This document shows, one piece after another, positions 9,133 through 19,439 of a stretch of 64,000 nucleotides of DNA (the first letter of the stretch is position 1; the number at the start of each line of letters is the position of its first letter). Under the pieces are notes generated by a model. It was not told the origin of the DNA. It was given only the letters and a program-made list of their open reading frames with translations, and made no database searches. The position numbers and the translations under genes were made by a program. The DNA comes from an uncultured Chthonomonadaceae bacterium (GTDB taxonomy: Bacteria > Armatimonadota > Chthonomonadetes > Chthonomonadales > Chthonomonadaceae): positions 160,001-224,000 of the forward strand of contig CAWFQB010000014.1 of the NCBI GenBank assembly GCA_963817895.1. Reading direction: 5' to 3'.

Positions 9133-10205
9133 CCCCACCAGAAGGACGCGGCAAGGATGCCGTACAAGCCTATCAATGCCAGACCTTCGAGCCAGTTGGA
9201 TTCGCCGTCGTAAACAATGACCGCATTGATGAGGGTTGTCAGGCCGAGGGCGGCGACGAGCAGGGGCGGCAAGTTCAGGGTGAGCGGATGCGCGGGGCTG
9301 ACCACGAGACTGAGCAGAACGAGCGCAGGCGTGAGCGCTAAGGCCACTTGCAGGGAACTGTTGAGGATTACGCTCACGGCGAAATCGGCTTTGTTTTTGG
9401 CGGCAAGCTGGATGCCGACCACGTTTTCAACCGCGTTGCCTGCGATGGCGACAAGCACCAGTCCCGTGAACGCTTCGGAAAGATGCAGAATTTTGATGGC
9501 GGGCTGCATGGCGTCTACGAACCAATCGGAGACAAAGGCGGCGCCGATACCGGCAAAAGTGAGCATGGTAACGGCAAGCCACAGCGGCCAGGCGTGAGCC
9601 GTATCGGGAACCTCTTCAGCATCGAAGTGGCACTCCGATTCAGGGTTTTTCAGGAAGAAGGGGATGCTGGCGGCGAAAATGATGAGCAGCACGACCGCGC
9701 TTGCCCCGCTTAAAGCGTTGATATGCGTGCTGACAGGGGCATGAAGATTGTGCGCCAACGTAGGAATGACAAGCGCGGCCATTGCCAGCACCATCAGGGT
9801 GACGATCAGGCGCGGCTGCTCCTTGCTGAATTTTTGGGTTCCGTTTTTGATGCCGCCCACGAAAAACGCGAGGCCAAGAACAAGTAACGAGTTGCCCAGA
9901 ATGGAGCCGACGAGCGCGGCCTGAACCACCGTCACCAGTCCGGCGCGAAGGCTGAAAATGCCGATGAAGAGTTCGGGAAGATTGCCGAGCGCGGACTGCA
10001 ATACGCCGGTCGCGCCGGGACCGAGTTTGCCGCCAAGCTGTTCCGTGGCATGGCCGACAATGGCAGCCAGCATTGCCAGCGCGACGCCGCACACCACGAA
10101 TAGCAATACGGGGTTGATGTGCAGGCGCGTCATTACGGCGGCGAGTATAGTAGCGACAAGAGCGATCAGCGCGGTTCGGCGTTCGCCGGGTTTCAGAGTT
10201 GACAT
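9129..10205 (-). CDS. cax: Ca2+/H+ antiporter (CaCA family)
   Basis: Alpha repeats 'GNLPEL...GSILGNSLLVLG' and 'GNAVEN...NSSLQVAL'; about 11 hydrophobic segments. Confidence 0.9.
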   Translation of the reverse strand: MSTLKPGERRTALIALVATILAAVMTRLHINPVLLFVVCGVALAMLAAIVGHATEQLGGKLGPGATGVLQSALGNLPELFIGIFSLRAGLVTVVQAALVGSILGNSLLVLGLAFFVGGIKNGTQKFSKEQPRLIVTLMVLAMAALVIPTLAHNLHAPVSTHINALSGASAVVLLIIFAASIPFFLKNPESECHFDAEEVPDTAHAWPLWLAVTMLTFAGIGAAFVSDWFVDAMQPAIKILHLSEAFTGLVLVAIAGNAVENVVGIQLAAKNKADFAVSVILNSSLQVALALTPALVLLSLVVSPAHPLTLNLPPLLVAALGLTTLINAVIVYDGESNWLEGLALIGLYGILAASFWWG

Positions 10206-10239
10206 TCGGCCTCACAAAGAGCGATGTTGCAGAGTAGAT

Positions 10240-11055
10240 TTAATCCCACCAGAAGTACCATTGTTCGCTGATTTGCAGGCCGTCGGCAAGTTTGGCAAGC
10301 GTGCCGACACCCTGATTTACGATGTCGGGGCAGTATTGGCACTGCTCAAAGGCAAGCGCTTCCGCGTCTAAGCGGCGGGCAGGAAGGCGGGATGCGAGTG
10401 TTTCCATCACATCATGGGAAATGCCAACAACTTCAACGCCATACAAATCGTGCCAGTATTTAAGCGCGCTGACATGGGCTTCAGGGCTGGGACATTCGTT
10501 CCAACTGCCGAAGCGCAGATACGCGGGAACTTCCCAGGTGTTCAGCGTGTGAACAAGGCCGACGTAAACGCGGGGATAGCCTGTATCGGTTTTATAGTCG
10601 CGGGGAATGTGGAAGAAGTAGGGATCAACAGCATCGGGCATTCCCGCAACAGTTTGTATGCCTTCGGACGCGGCCTGCTGCCACTGTTCGCGCGCCTGCT
10701 TGAATTGTTTGTAACCCTCGCTGGCCTCGTACTCCTCATCGCCCATCGCGTCCGGCTGTCTTGTAAACAAAATGCTCGGTGATTGCTGTAGCCCTCGCGC
10801 AATGATGTCGGGAATACGTTTCGCGGCGTGGATTTGCCCCTCCTGCCGCAAAAATTCCAGATCGTTGTCGTTGCCCAACACGACAGGCCAATGGCCGGTT
10901 TGCTGCCGAATGTCGCGCAACGCGAACCAGAGGTTGACAGCCTCATCCCCATGCACGGCAAATGCGCTGAGAACAAAATCATTTATCTCCACAACTGGCG
11001 CGAATGTAGAGGTGTCTATTCTATTCTGCTGAAGAATTGTTGTGAGTGTTTCCAT
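10240..11055 (-). CDS. DUF4253 domain protein
   Basis: 'VPAYLRFGSWNECP...LKYWHDLYG...ALAFEQCQYCPDIVNQG...WYFWWD'. Confidence 0.85.
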   Translation of the reverse strand: METLTTILQQNRIDTSTFAPVVEINDFVLSAFAVHGDEAVNLWFALRDIRQQTGHWPVVLGNDNDLEFLRQEGQIHAAKRIPDIIARGLQQSPSILFTRQPDAMGDEEYEASEGYKQFKQAREQWQQAASEGIQTVAGMPDAVDPYFFHIPRDYKTDTGYPRVYVGLVHTLNTWEVPAYLRFGSWNECPSPEAHVSALKYWHDLYGVEVVGISHDVMETLASRLPARRLDAEALAFEQCQYCPDIVNQGVGTLAKLADGLQISEQWYFWWD

Positions 11056-11057
11056 TT

Positions 11058-12029
11058 TTAATGATCGTGATCGGCGTTCATGTCGGGTTGTTTGGCTTCC
11101 ATGCCGCCTTTGCCGCCCATCATCATGGTGGGCATGTTGCCATCATCGGAAGTGGAGCGTTCGGGGTTGTTGGCGGCGCAGGGCGTGTTGAATTTGGGCT
11201 GCGCAAAGGGCAGGGACGTGCTGCCCCGCGCCAGTATGTGTTTTTCGTTGCCGCCATCCCAGGGCGTAAAACTGCGGGCATTGCAATAGTGGCTGACGAA
11301 CGAGCGGCGCATCCGGTTCTCGCTTTTGTTCGATAGGGAGCGGTGAAGGACGTGGCCGCCGAAGAACGCCACATCGCCGGGTTCCATCACGCACGACACT
11401 TCACTGCCTTTGTATTTGGCGGCGATGGGGCGCAGGCTGTTCGTCACATCATCATCGTCGTTGGAATGTCCGCCAACTTTGTCCATTGTCGGAATGTTGT
11501 CGAGTTCGCGCTGTCCGTAGCCGTAGCCGATTGTAGGCGGATAAATGGGTTCGTTCTGGCTGCCTTTTGTCATCCACATGCAGCCGTTTTCTTCATCGGC
11601 GCGATCCAGAGCCAGCCACGCGCCGCATAGCGAATCGGGGAACGTCGGGATATAGTAGGTGTCCTGATGGTAGCCCTGCCCTTCGGCTCCGGGCGCTTTG
11701 AGAAACAGCATGGTTTGCATGGCAAGCACGTCCGGGCCGATAAGCGCTTCCAGCACATCCAGAACGCGCGGGTGCAGCATGAATCGCTCATGGATTTCCA
11801 GTTGCCGATGCAGCATGTGGATACGCAGCAACCGTTTTTCCATGTCGCGCAGGCTGGCATCGGGCGGGGGCGGGGGAACGCCGGGAACTTCGACGCGCCC
11901 GTACATCAGTTCTTCCGTATGCGCTTTCAGTTCCTCCACTTCCTCGCGTGAAACTAAATCGCGGACAATCAGAAACCCGTCATGCCGGAAGGAAACGTAC
12001 TGGTCTACGCTGACGCGGTAGGATTCCAA
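11058..12029 (-). CDS. Phytanoyl-CoA dioxygenase (PhyH) family Fe/2OG oxygenase
   Basis: 'YHQD' (HxD), 'WLALDRADEENGC', 'GDVAFFGGHVLHRS', 'RRS'. The true start may be ATG 12084 across an indel. Confidence 0.88.
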   Translation of the reverse strand: MESYRVSVDQYVSFRHDGFLIVRDLVSREEVEELKAHTEELMYGRVEVPGVPPPPPDASLRDMEKRLLRIHMLHRQLEIHERFMLHPRVLDVLEALIGPDVLAMQTMLFLKAPGAEGQGYHQDTYYIPTFPDSLCGAWLALDRADEENGCMWMTKGSQNEPIYPPTIGYGYGQRELDNIPTMDKVGGHSNDDDDVTNSLRPIAAKYKGSEVSCVMEPGDVAFFGGHVLHRSLSNKSENRMRRSFVSHYCNARSFTPWDGGNEKHILARGSTSLPFAQPKFNTPCAANNPERSTSDDGNMPTMMMGGKGGMEAKQPDMNADHDH

Positions 12030-12102
12030 CGAAAAAGATGTTGTTTCAGGGCGAATGAGTGTTCGGTTTGATCAGAGTATCCATAGGGCATATTTCCGGC
12101 AT

Positions 12103-12256
12103 TTGTCTTGAACCATGATTTACGTGATTAGATGATTAGCATGATTATGTGCACTGATTCGTATCAAGCCGTTGTCTGGCTTCTGTCAAAAGATGATGAA
12201 CGTTCAGAAGGCAATCATGATAATCGCTAAATCACATAAATCATGGTTCAAGACAA
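12103..12256. repeat. Inverted-repeat element with GATT every 9 nt (copy 2)
   Basis: 44-bp arms 12103-12146 and 12213-12256 (6 mismatches), starting TTGTCTTGAACC. Confidence 0.88.
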
Positions 12257-12260
12257 TTTG

Positions 12261-13331
12261 CTAATGTAAATCGGCATGGCCGGGCAAATACAGGTCGGCG
12301 AAAACGGGGCAGTGGTCGGAACCGGCGGATGTGCCTACCCAACTGTTGAGAACCTGCCACTGCGGGCTGGTGAAAATATGGTCTATGCGAACGTAGGAGT
12401 GGCCTATTTTGGTTGTTTCGCCGTAGGTGTAGCCGTATCCTGCCCCGGCGGCGGAAAAAGCGTCAGTCAGGCCGAGCGCGAAGAGGTTTCTGCACACGAT
12501 GGACTGAACGGGGGCGTTGAAGTCACCCGCCGCGATCATCGGCAATTTCTCCGTTTGCAGATGTTTTACCAGTTGCTGCGATTGACGAACGCGAACTTCT
12601 AAGTTTTCAACGAGCGTATCCATGCCTTTGCGGGGGTGTTTCATGGCGGCAATGCCGAAGCGGGGCGATTCCAGATGGCAGGAATAGACGACAATATCCT
12701 GACCGTCGGCGTGAAGCAGGCAACGCTCCACGCGATGATTTTGCTCCGGGTAGGAAATCCAGCGTATGTCCATGTCCGTGAGCGGCAGGTGACTGGCAAT
12801 GATGTACTGATCTACAGCCTGAACGTTCCAGCCTTTGAGGAACTGCCCCATTTCCGGGTTTAATCCGCCGCCCGCGTCCTGCATGAGCATCACGTCCGGC
12901 TTGTAGTGTTCTATATCCTCCTCGATGGCTTTCACATCCCGTTGCGCCCATTTGATATTGTAGGTCATTACGCGCAGGCGCAATCCTTTGTCCTGTGGCG
13001 TACCTCCATGAAAAAAGTTCAGACTGCCGCCCATGACCGGGCCGAAAACGAGTAACGCCAGAAGTGTCGGCAGCCACCAGCGCTTGCGGGCGCGAAGTAA
13101 AACCCATGGAAACAGAACAATCAGGGGAAGCGCCCATAGCCATTGCGGCAGATACAGGTTCAGACCGGTGGGCCACCAGTTTTCCGGGCCGAAATGGTTT
13201 GCGGTCACAAGTATCAGAATTATCGTGGTATACGCGGCAAGCGCAGCCGTTAAAAGCAGGGAACGGGGCTGCGAATTCTGCGCGGGTGGGGAAGTTGCAG
13301 ACGTTTCTGCTTCCGGGTTTGACTCGGACAT
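12261..13331 (-). CDS. Membrane-anchored endonuclease/exonuclease/phosphatase (EEP) family protein
   Basis: Three N-terminal TM segments, then 'VMTYNI', 'GDFNA', 'RIDHIF', 'SDHCPV'. Confidence 0.88.
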   Translation of the reverse strand: MSESNPEAETSATSPPAQNSQPRSLLLTAALAAYTTIILILVTANHFGPENWWPTGLNLYLPQWLWALPLIVLFPWVLLRARKRWWLPTLLALLVFGPVMGGSLNFFHGGTPQDKGLRLRVMTYNIKWAQRDVKAIEEDIEHYKPDVMLMQDAGGGLNPEMGQFLKGWNVQAVDQYIIASHLPLTDMDIRWISYPEQNHRVERCLLHADGQDIVVYSCHLESPRFGIAAMKHPRKGMDTLVENLEVRVRQSQQLVKHLQTEKLPMIAAGDFNAPVQSIVCRNLFALGLTDAFSAAGAGYGYTYGETTKIGHSYVRIDHIFTSPQWQVLNSWVGTSAGSDHCPVFADLYLPGHADLH

Positions 13332-13469
13332 GACACTCTCTTTCAGAAATTGAGACACAATGGGCAAAAGTCGGCAGGAGGAACGCAGCGCCTCGTCGAA
13401 TCTATACGGTAACAAGCAACCGTCTCGCGCATTGTCTTTGTATACGCGCAAAAGAGAGTTTGTATCCCA

Positions 13470-14248
13470 TTGGCGATTTCTTCCGCTTCCAACATACGAA
13501 TTATCGGCCTGATTCCGGCGCGATTGGCGTCAACCCGCCTGCCGAATAAGCCCCTTGTGGATATTGGCGGCTGGCCGATGCTGCGCCACGTATGGCATCG
13601 GGCGCGGCAGGCGCAGGGTTTAGATTTAGTCGCTATTGCTACGCCGGATGAGGCCATTGCCGAAGCCGCAAAAGGCTTTGGGGCGCAGGTTGTCATGACA
13701 GCCGCTTCGCACCCTCCGGCACGGATCGTTTAGCGGAAGCCGCGCGCCTGCTGGAACTGAACTCGAATGATATTGTCGTGAACATACAGGGCGATGAACC
13801 ATTGCTCGACCCGACGAGTATACAAAGGGCGCTTCAACTGCTGCTGGAAGACCCGGCGTTAGTGATGAGCAGTCTGATGTGTCCCTGCCCGGAACGCGAG
13901 TTGGACAACCCGGCCTGTGTAAAAGTGGTGTGCGCCTTAAACGGGGACGCGCTTTATTTTTCGCGGGCGCGTCTGCCCTTTGAGCGTGACGCGGGCAGTT
14001 CAAGCGCGGCAACGGTAATGCAGCATATCGGGCTGTATACGTACCGCAACCACTTTTTGCAAATGTATTTGACCCTGCCGCCCTCCCCGTTGGAAAGGAC
14101 GGAGGGACTGGAACAGTTACGGGTTTTGGAACACGGGTATCGTATTCGCATGGCGCGGATTGAAAACGCGCCGCTCGGAGTGGATACGCCGGAAGATTTA
14201 GAACGGGCGCGGCAGCTTTTAGCAGGATTTTCGCCGCCGGATGTATAA
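13470..14248 (+). CDS. kdsB: 3-deoxy-manno-octulosonate cytidylyltransferase (apparent frameshift near 13715)
   Basis: 'IPARLASTRLPNKPL', then 'NIQGDEP', 'ALYFSR', 'HIGLYTY', 'LEQLRVLEHG', 'VDTPEDL'. Confidence 0.93.
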
Positions 14249-14251
14249 AAT

Positions 14252-14299
14252 GCCCTCAACCCCTAACCCCTTCTTCCAAAAAGGCCTGGGAGAAGGGGA
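14252..14299 (+). repeat. REP-like hairpin repeat
   Basis: gccctcaacccctaaccccttcttccaaaaaggcctgggagaagggga. Confidence 0.85.
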
Positions 14300-14363
14300 A
14301 CTGTTGTTAGGAAACTGAAGAAGCGTAGAACTGTTAAACATTATCAAGGGAGATTGGACGAAC

Positions 14364-15378
14364 ATGACAGCAACAAGCGACAGCAGTGAGCAGAAGGTAC
14401 GAATCGGCATTATTGGGACGGGCGGGATCGCGCAGGGGCATGTGAAGCGCCTGTCGGCGATGCCGAACGTGGAGATTACCGCGCTGTGCGACATCGTGCC
14501 GGCGCAAATGGAAAAGACGGTCGAGCGTAACCCGCAGGTGAAGGATGCCAAACAGTTCACGAACTATGAGGAACTGATTTCGTCGGGGCTGGTGGACGCG
14601 GTGAACATTGACACGCCGCATACTATTCACTTCGAGCAGATTATGAACAGCCTTGGACAAAGGACTGCACGTTCTGACCGAAAAGCCGATGGTATGCAAG
14701 GTGACCGATGCCCATGAGGTGCTGAAGAAGATTGACGAGAGCGGCAAAGTGTTCGTGCTGAACTATCAGCGGCATTTTCAGCCGGAGTTCCTGTACATCA
14801 AGAAGGTGATTGAGTCCGGGGAGTACGGACCGGTGCAGTTCGTGCAGGGCTTGCAGGGGCAGGAGTGGAAAAAGGCGGTTGCGGGAACGTGGCGACAGGA
14901 CCCGGCACTGGGCGGCGGCGGGCAACTGAACGACTCCGGGTCGCACATGCTGGCCGTGCTGCTGTACGTGACCGGTTTGAGCGTGGAAGCGGTTGCAGGC
15001 TTCATAGACAATCTCGGCGTTCCGGTTGACATCAACTCCGCGCTTTCATTCCGGTTTGTGGGCGGGGCGCAGGGCAATGTGTCCGTTGTTGGCAACGCCC
15101 CATCCTTCTATGAGGACATCACCATCTGGTGTGACGAGGGCGCGTTCTACATGCGGAACGGCAAACTGGAAGTGCAGGACGGCAAAGGCAAAAAATCTAC
15201 GCCCGCTCCCGAAGATATGCCCAAAGGCAGCAATCCCGATGAGAACTTTGTCAATGCCATTTTGGGCAAGGAGGCGGTTGGCTGCGACGCGAAGATGGGT
15301 CTGCGCGTAATCGAACTTACGGAAGCCGCGTGGAAAGCCGCCGAAGAGAAGGGCATCGTCACCGTGAAGCGGGCGTAG
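14364..15378 (+). CDS. Gfo/Idh/MocA family oxidoreductase (apparent frameshift near 14650)
   Basis: 'IGIIGTGGIA', 'DTPHTIH', 'HVLTEKPM', 'GGGQLNDSGSH'. Confidence 0.9.
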
Positions 15379-15490
15379 TTTACCTCGCCCCGGGCGTCCA
15401 CCCGGAGGGAAGGACACCCCTCTCCTTGCCGCGCTTTCAAAAGAGCGCGTTGTAGCGAAGCAGACGCGCTTCATTACGCCAGGGGAGGGG
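15379..15490 (+). repeat. Composite REP-like hairpin repeat with nested modules
   Basis: tttacctcgcccc[gggcgtccacccggagggaaggacac]ccctctccttgccgcgc...[gcgaagc]...cgccaggggagggg. Confidence 0.7.
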
Positions 15491-15715
15491 CTTTTTTAGT
15501 CTGGTTTTATTCAGATATAGAGTATAGAAGACTGTTTAGACACATTTCAATAAGTTGCAGACGGGCATTTGAGTTTTGACGTGATACTGGAAGAAAATTA
15601 AAATTTGGCGTCACGATATAGAAGGAAATGCGTAGTTCAGTATAAGTGAAAAAGCAAGTCTTAAACATCTGGCAGCGCCCCTAATTTGCCATGAACTTGC
15701 GGAGGGTGAACAACA

Positions 15716-18528
15716 TGGTTCGCAAACAAAAAAAATATAATTTGAGCTGGCCTTTATGTTGGGCTTGATTGCCGGTGGAAGCATGCTTGCTCCCGGGTAT
15801 GGCGCGCGCGCAGGATGATAATCTCTCTCCCCGCGATTTCCGAGACGAGGGCGGGGCGCGACAGCAGGATGATGTAGCTCCCGTTGGGGACGCGCAGGAA
15901 CAGAACGCCAATCAGGGCGTGGTTCGGCTGGCGCGTTTTTCGTATGTAAAGGGCAATGTGACGTGGCGGGCGGATCAGGGATTGGAATGGTCGGCGGCGA
16001 CAACCAACCTGCCTGTCCGACAGGATGCCCAGATATGGGTGACGAACGGCGGACGGGCGGAACTGCAATTCGACGACGGCAGCGTTCTCCGATTGGGCAA
16101 TGGCGCTCTGGTGACGCTGAAAACGCTGTTCAGTGACGAAGATGGCGAGTTCACGCAGATCACGCTCAACGAGGGACTGGCGACGCTGCGCGCCCGGCAT
16201 GAGCGTGGCGTGTATCGTATTGACACGCCGCTTGCTTCCGTGACCGCCAAAGGCCCTGCCAAAGTACGCTTCGGCATCGGGGACGGTTTGGAAGTCGCGG
16301 TTCGGCAGGGGCAGGCGAACGTGGAGGGCAACGCGGGCAAGGTGACGCTGGAATCCGGCGATTATCTGGATTTGCGCGACGCGAATACGCCGCTCGACCC
16401 GCGCCGATTGCCGGGACTGGACAACTGGGATCAGTGGAATGAGGAGCGCGACAATGTGATGGATGGCAGCAGTCAGCGGCCTTCCCATCGTTATCTGCCG
16501 GCTAACATTGAAATTGTCGCCAACAATTTAGATGATTACGGCTCCTGGCGCAATGACCCGGAATATGGAAATGTCTGGTGTCCCCGTGTCACCTCGGCGG
16601 ATTGGCGTCCGTATCATGAGGGGCATTGGACGTGGGTTAGTCCGTTCGGGTGGACATGGGTTTCGGATGAGGCGTGGGGCTGGGCGCCGTACCATTATGG
16701 AACCTGGGTGTCTCGCGGCTACGGGTGGGCCTGGTGTCCCGGCCCGGTCAATCAATACTGGAGTCCTGCAGTCGTGCATTTCTCCGAGTACGATGACCGC
16801 GTAGCGTGGTGCGCCCTTGCGCCCCGCGAAGTGCGCTATCCGTCTGTATTGTCTATCGGGTTCCGCAGCGGCAACTGGTCAACGTTCTTCTCTATAGGGC
16901 AGGCCGCCGTATACTATCCGACCTACAACAACTATTGTGAGGCGCGTCCCTTCCGAACCGGGTACGTCAACCACGTCACGTATGTCAATAACGTGACGAA
17001 CGTGTACAACAACGGTTCGCCTTCGTTCAACCGGTACTACAACTCGGCGGAGTTTGCTGCGTCTAACCATAACACGTATTTGCAGCGCAGCCAGTTTGTG
17101 CCGTATAACGCGCGAAATGCGGCAGGCGTAACAGCGGTTGCGACATCGGGATTTGGACGAAGGACGGCGTATGACATCGTTCCCCGAGCTAATGGCGCAA
17201 CCGTGTTTACCAGCGGGCGAACGGTAGCGGCTCCGGCGCGAGGGAGTATGCCCGTCGCGGGGCCGGTTGGCGCGCGTCCGACGCGGGAAGCGCTGACGCC
17301 GACCCATACGTTTATCGCCAATACGCAGCCTTCGCCGCGAGCGATAGCGCGTCCTGTCTTTCAGGCTCCGCTGCCTGCCACAATAGCGCGGCGGGCGGCT
17401 CCGATTACCCCCTCCGGGCAGGCCATACGGCAAGACCCGATCAGGCAGACGACACGAACGGGACAGAATGGCGTGAACGCGCCGGTAACAAACAACCGTG
17501 AAAGTGGACGCCCGACCGTTTCGAGCGGCAATGCTTCCGGCAATAACGGTCGCCCCCTGCCTCCGACGTATTCGACGGGAAGCGGCGGGTACAATCGAAA
17601 TGGTTCTGGTTCAAGTGGCGGAACGGTCAATGATGGCAGTACAGGCGGTTTCAACAGGAACCCGCGACCCGGCGTGAACACGGGCCGTGCCGGACAGGAG
17701 AGTACGACCAGTACCGGCACGAACGGCTCACCCACGAATAACAGCGGAACCTCGCGTTTCTCACATTCTGGCGATAGCGGCAGAACGAACACGGGCGCGA
17801 ACAGCGCGGCGGAAGAGGCGCGACGAGCGCGCGGCACATTGGGATTACCAACAGGCCGCGCTTCATCGGGCAACGGGAACGGCGGAAGCAACACCGGCAG
17901 CACAGGTTCATTCGGCAACCCGCGCAACCCCGCATCGGGAACGCAGGACGGTTCAACTCGTCGCAACGGAAGCGATACACAAACCTACCGCCCGAATAGC
18001 GGCAGTACCGGCAGTCCAAATGGGACGGGAAGCGGTTCCGGTTCAAGCACAACTGGCCGGACAGGTAATTCAGGATCGGGTGATACGCGGTGGTCCGCGG
18101 AACGGGCAAGAGGGCGGGGAGAGGACACCCGAACGTCTGCGCCGCCCACGCGAACGGGAGGCGATACTTCGCAAAGAACTTACACGCCGCCGCAGCGAAC
18201 AGGAGGAGATAGCAGCCCACGCGCCTCCTCACCGCCAACGCGCACAGGGGGCGATCCTGCGCCCCGCTCGTATGCGCCGCCCACGCGCGGCGACAGCGAA
18301 TCGTATCCGCGCGGCAATGCGCCCCGGTCGAATGGTGGCAGCGCGCCCGTAACACGGAGTAGTGGCGAAGGAGGTTCTCATACTTCGCCTCCGCCACCGT
18401 CGCGCTCCAGAGATAATGAGTCATCGAGCCGCCCGTCTAACCCGCCACGAGAGCGATCTGGCGGGAACGACAAGAGCGACAAGAGCGACAAGAGCGACAA
18501 AGACAAAGGTGGTAGGAACGGAAGATAG
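15716..18528 (+). CDS. Secreted FecR-like/DUF6600 domain protein with a long low-complexity tail (N-terminus frameshifted)
   Basis: 'RLARFSYVKGNV...GGRAELQFDDGSVLRLG'; Trp-rich 'WRPYHEGHWTWVSPFGWTWVSDEAWGWAPYHYGTW'. A signal-like segment LAFMLGLIAGGSMLAP lies in an adjacent frame after ATG 15716. Confidence 0.82.
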
Positions 18529-18544
18529 TTGAGAGTTGAGGGAT

Positions 18545-18584
18545 AAACTTCCCGAATGGTAGAAACACCATTCGGGAAGTTTTT
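18545..18584 (+). terminator. Intrinsic terminator (possibly bidirectional)
   Basis: 16-bp stem aaacttcccgaatggt/accattcgggaagttt followed by T's, between convergent genes. Confidence 0.75.
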
Positions 18585-18589
18585 GTCTT

Positions 18590-18680
18590 GCCCTCACCCG
18601 GGCGCCCACTTGTGGACATCCCTTCTCCCACAAAGGCGGATTTCAAAGCGAAGCCGAAATCCGCAACATGGGGGAGGAGC
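18590..18680 (+). repeat. Composite REP-like hairpin repeat with nested modules
   Basis: gccctcaccc[gggcgcccacttgtggacat]cccttctcccaca...gcggatttc[aaagcgaagcc]gaaatccgc...tgggggaggag. Confidence 0.7.
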
Positions 18681-18718
18681 TAATTTCGCGCTTCAAGATG
18701 GTGTTGAACAGTTTAAAA

Positions 18719-19406
18719 TTATTCGGGGTGTGACGAGGAAGGGGGTTGAGTGGCTGTATCTGTTGGGGCAGAGTGATCGGGGCGCAGGTGATGCCAGAGC
18801 CAGAAGCCGAAGAGAGCGAGAATGACAACGCCGATTACGCCGTCGGCTTTGTGGAAGTAGGGCTTGAGGCTGTCAAGGTTGTCGCCTACCTGTATGCCGA
18901 GCCATGCGAGGAAGTAACACCAGGGTACGGAACCGAGGAAGGATAAAACAACAAAAGGCGCGAACGGCATACGCGCAATTCCGGCAGGCAGGGAAATAAA
19001 GGTGCGAACGACGGGCAGCAGACGCGCAATAAACACTGTGGCGACGCCGCGCTTTGCAAACCAGGCTTCAGCCTTCTCTACATCATGGCGGCGCAGCAGA
19101 ATGTATTTGCCGTATTTGAAGACGAACTCGCGCCCGCCTTTCGCGCCCACCCCATAGGCGACTGCGCTGCCCAACGCGCAGCCCAATGCGCCGGCAAGAG
19201 CAACCAGATGGAAATTCATCGGGTTGGGATTGACGCGATGCGCGATAGTGGCAAGGGTCAACGCGCCCGCAAATGGCATGATAACTTCGCTCGGCAGGGG
19301 AATACACGCGCTTTCCAGCGCCATCAGCAGAATATACGCCAAGATAGCCGCCGCTGCTGATGACGGATTTAATCCAGTTGCCAAGCGCTTCAAGAATATG
19401 TTCCAA
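18719..19406 (-). CDS. DedA family membrane protein (apparent frameshift near 19335)
   Basis: TTG 19406 with AAGGA upstream gives 'EHILEALGNWIKSVISSGGYLG', then 'LMALESACIPLPSEVIMPFAG...ARLLPVVRTFISLPAG'. Confidence 0.9.
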
Positions 19407-19439
19407 TCTTCTTTCCTTTTGTATGTCTTCAGGGTTTTC

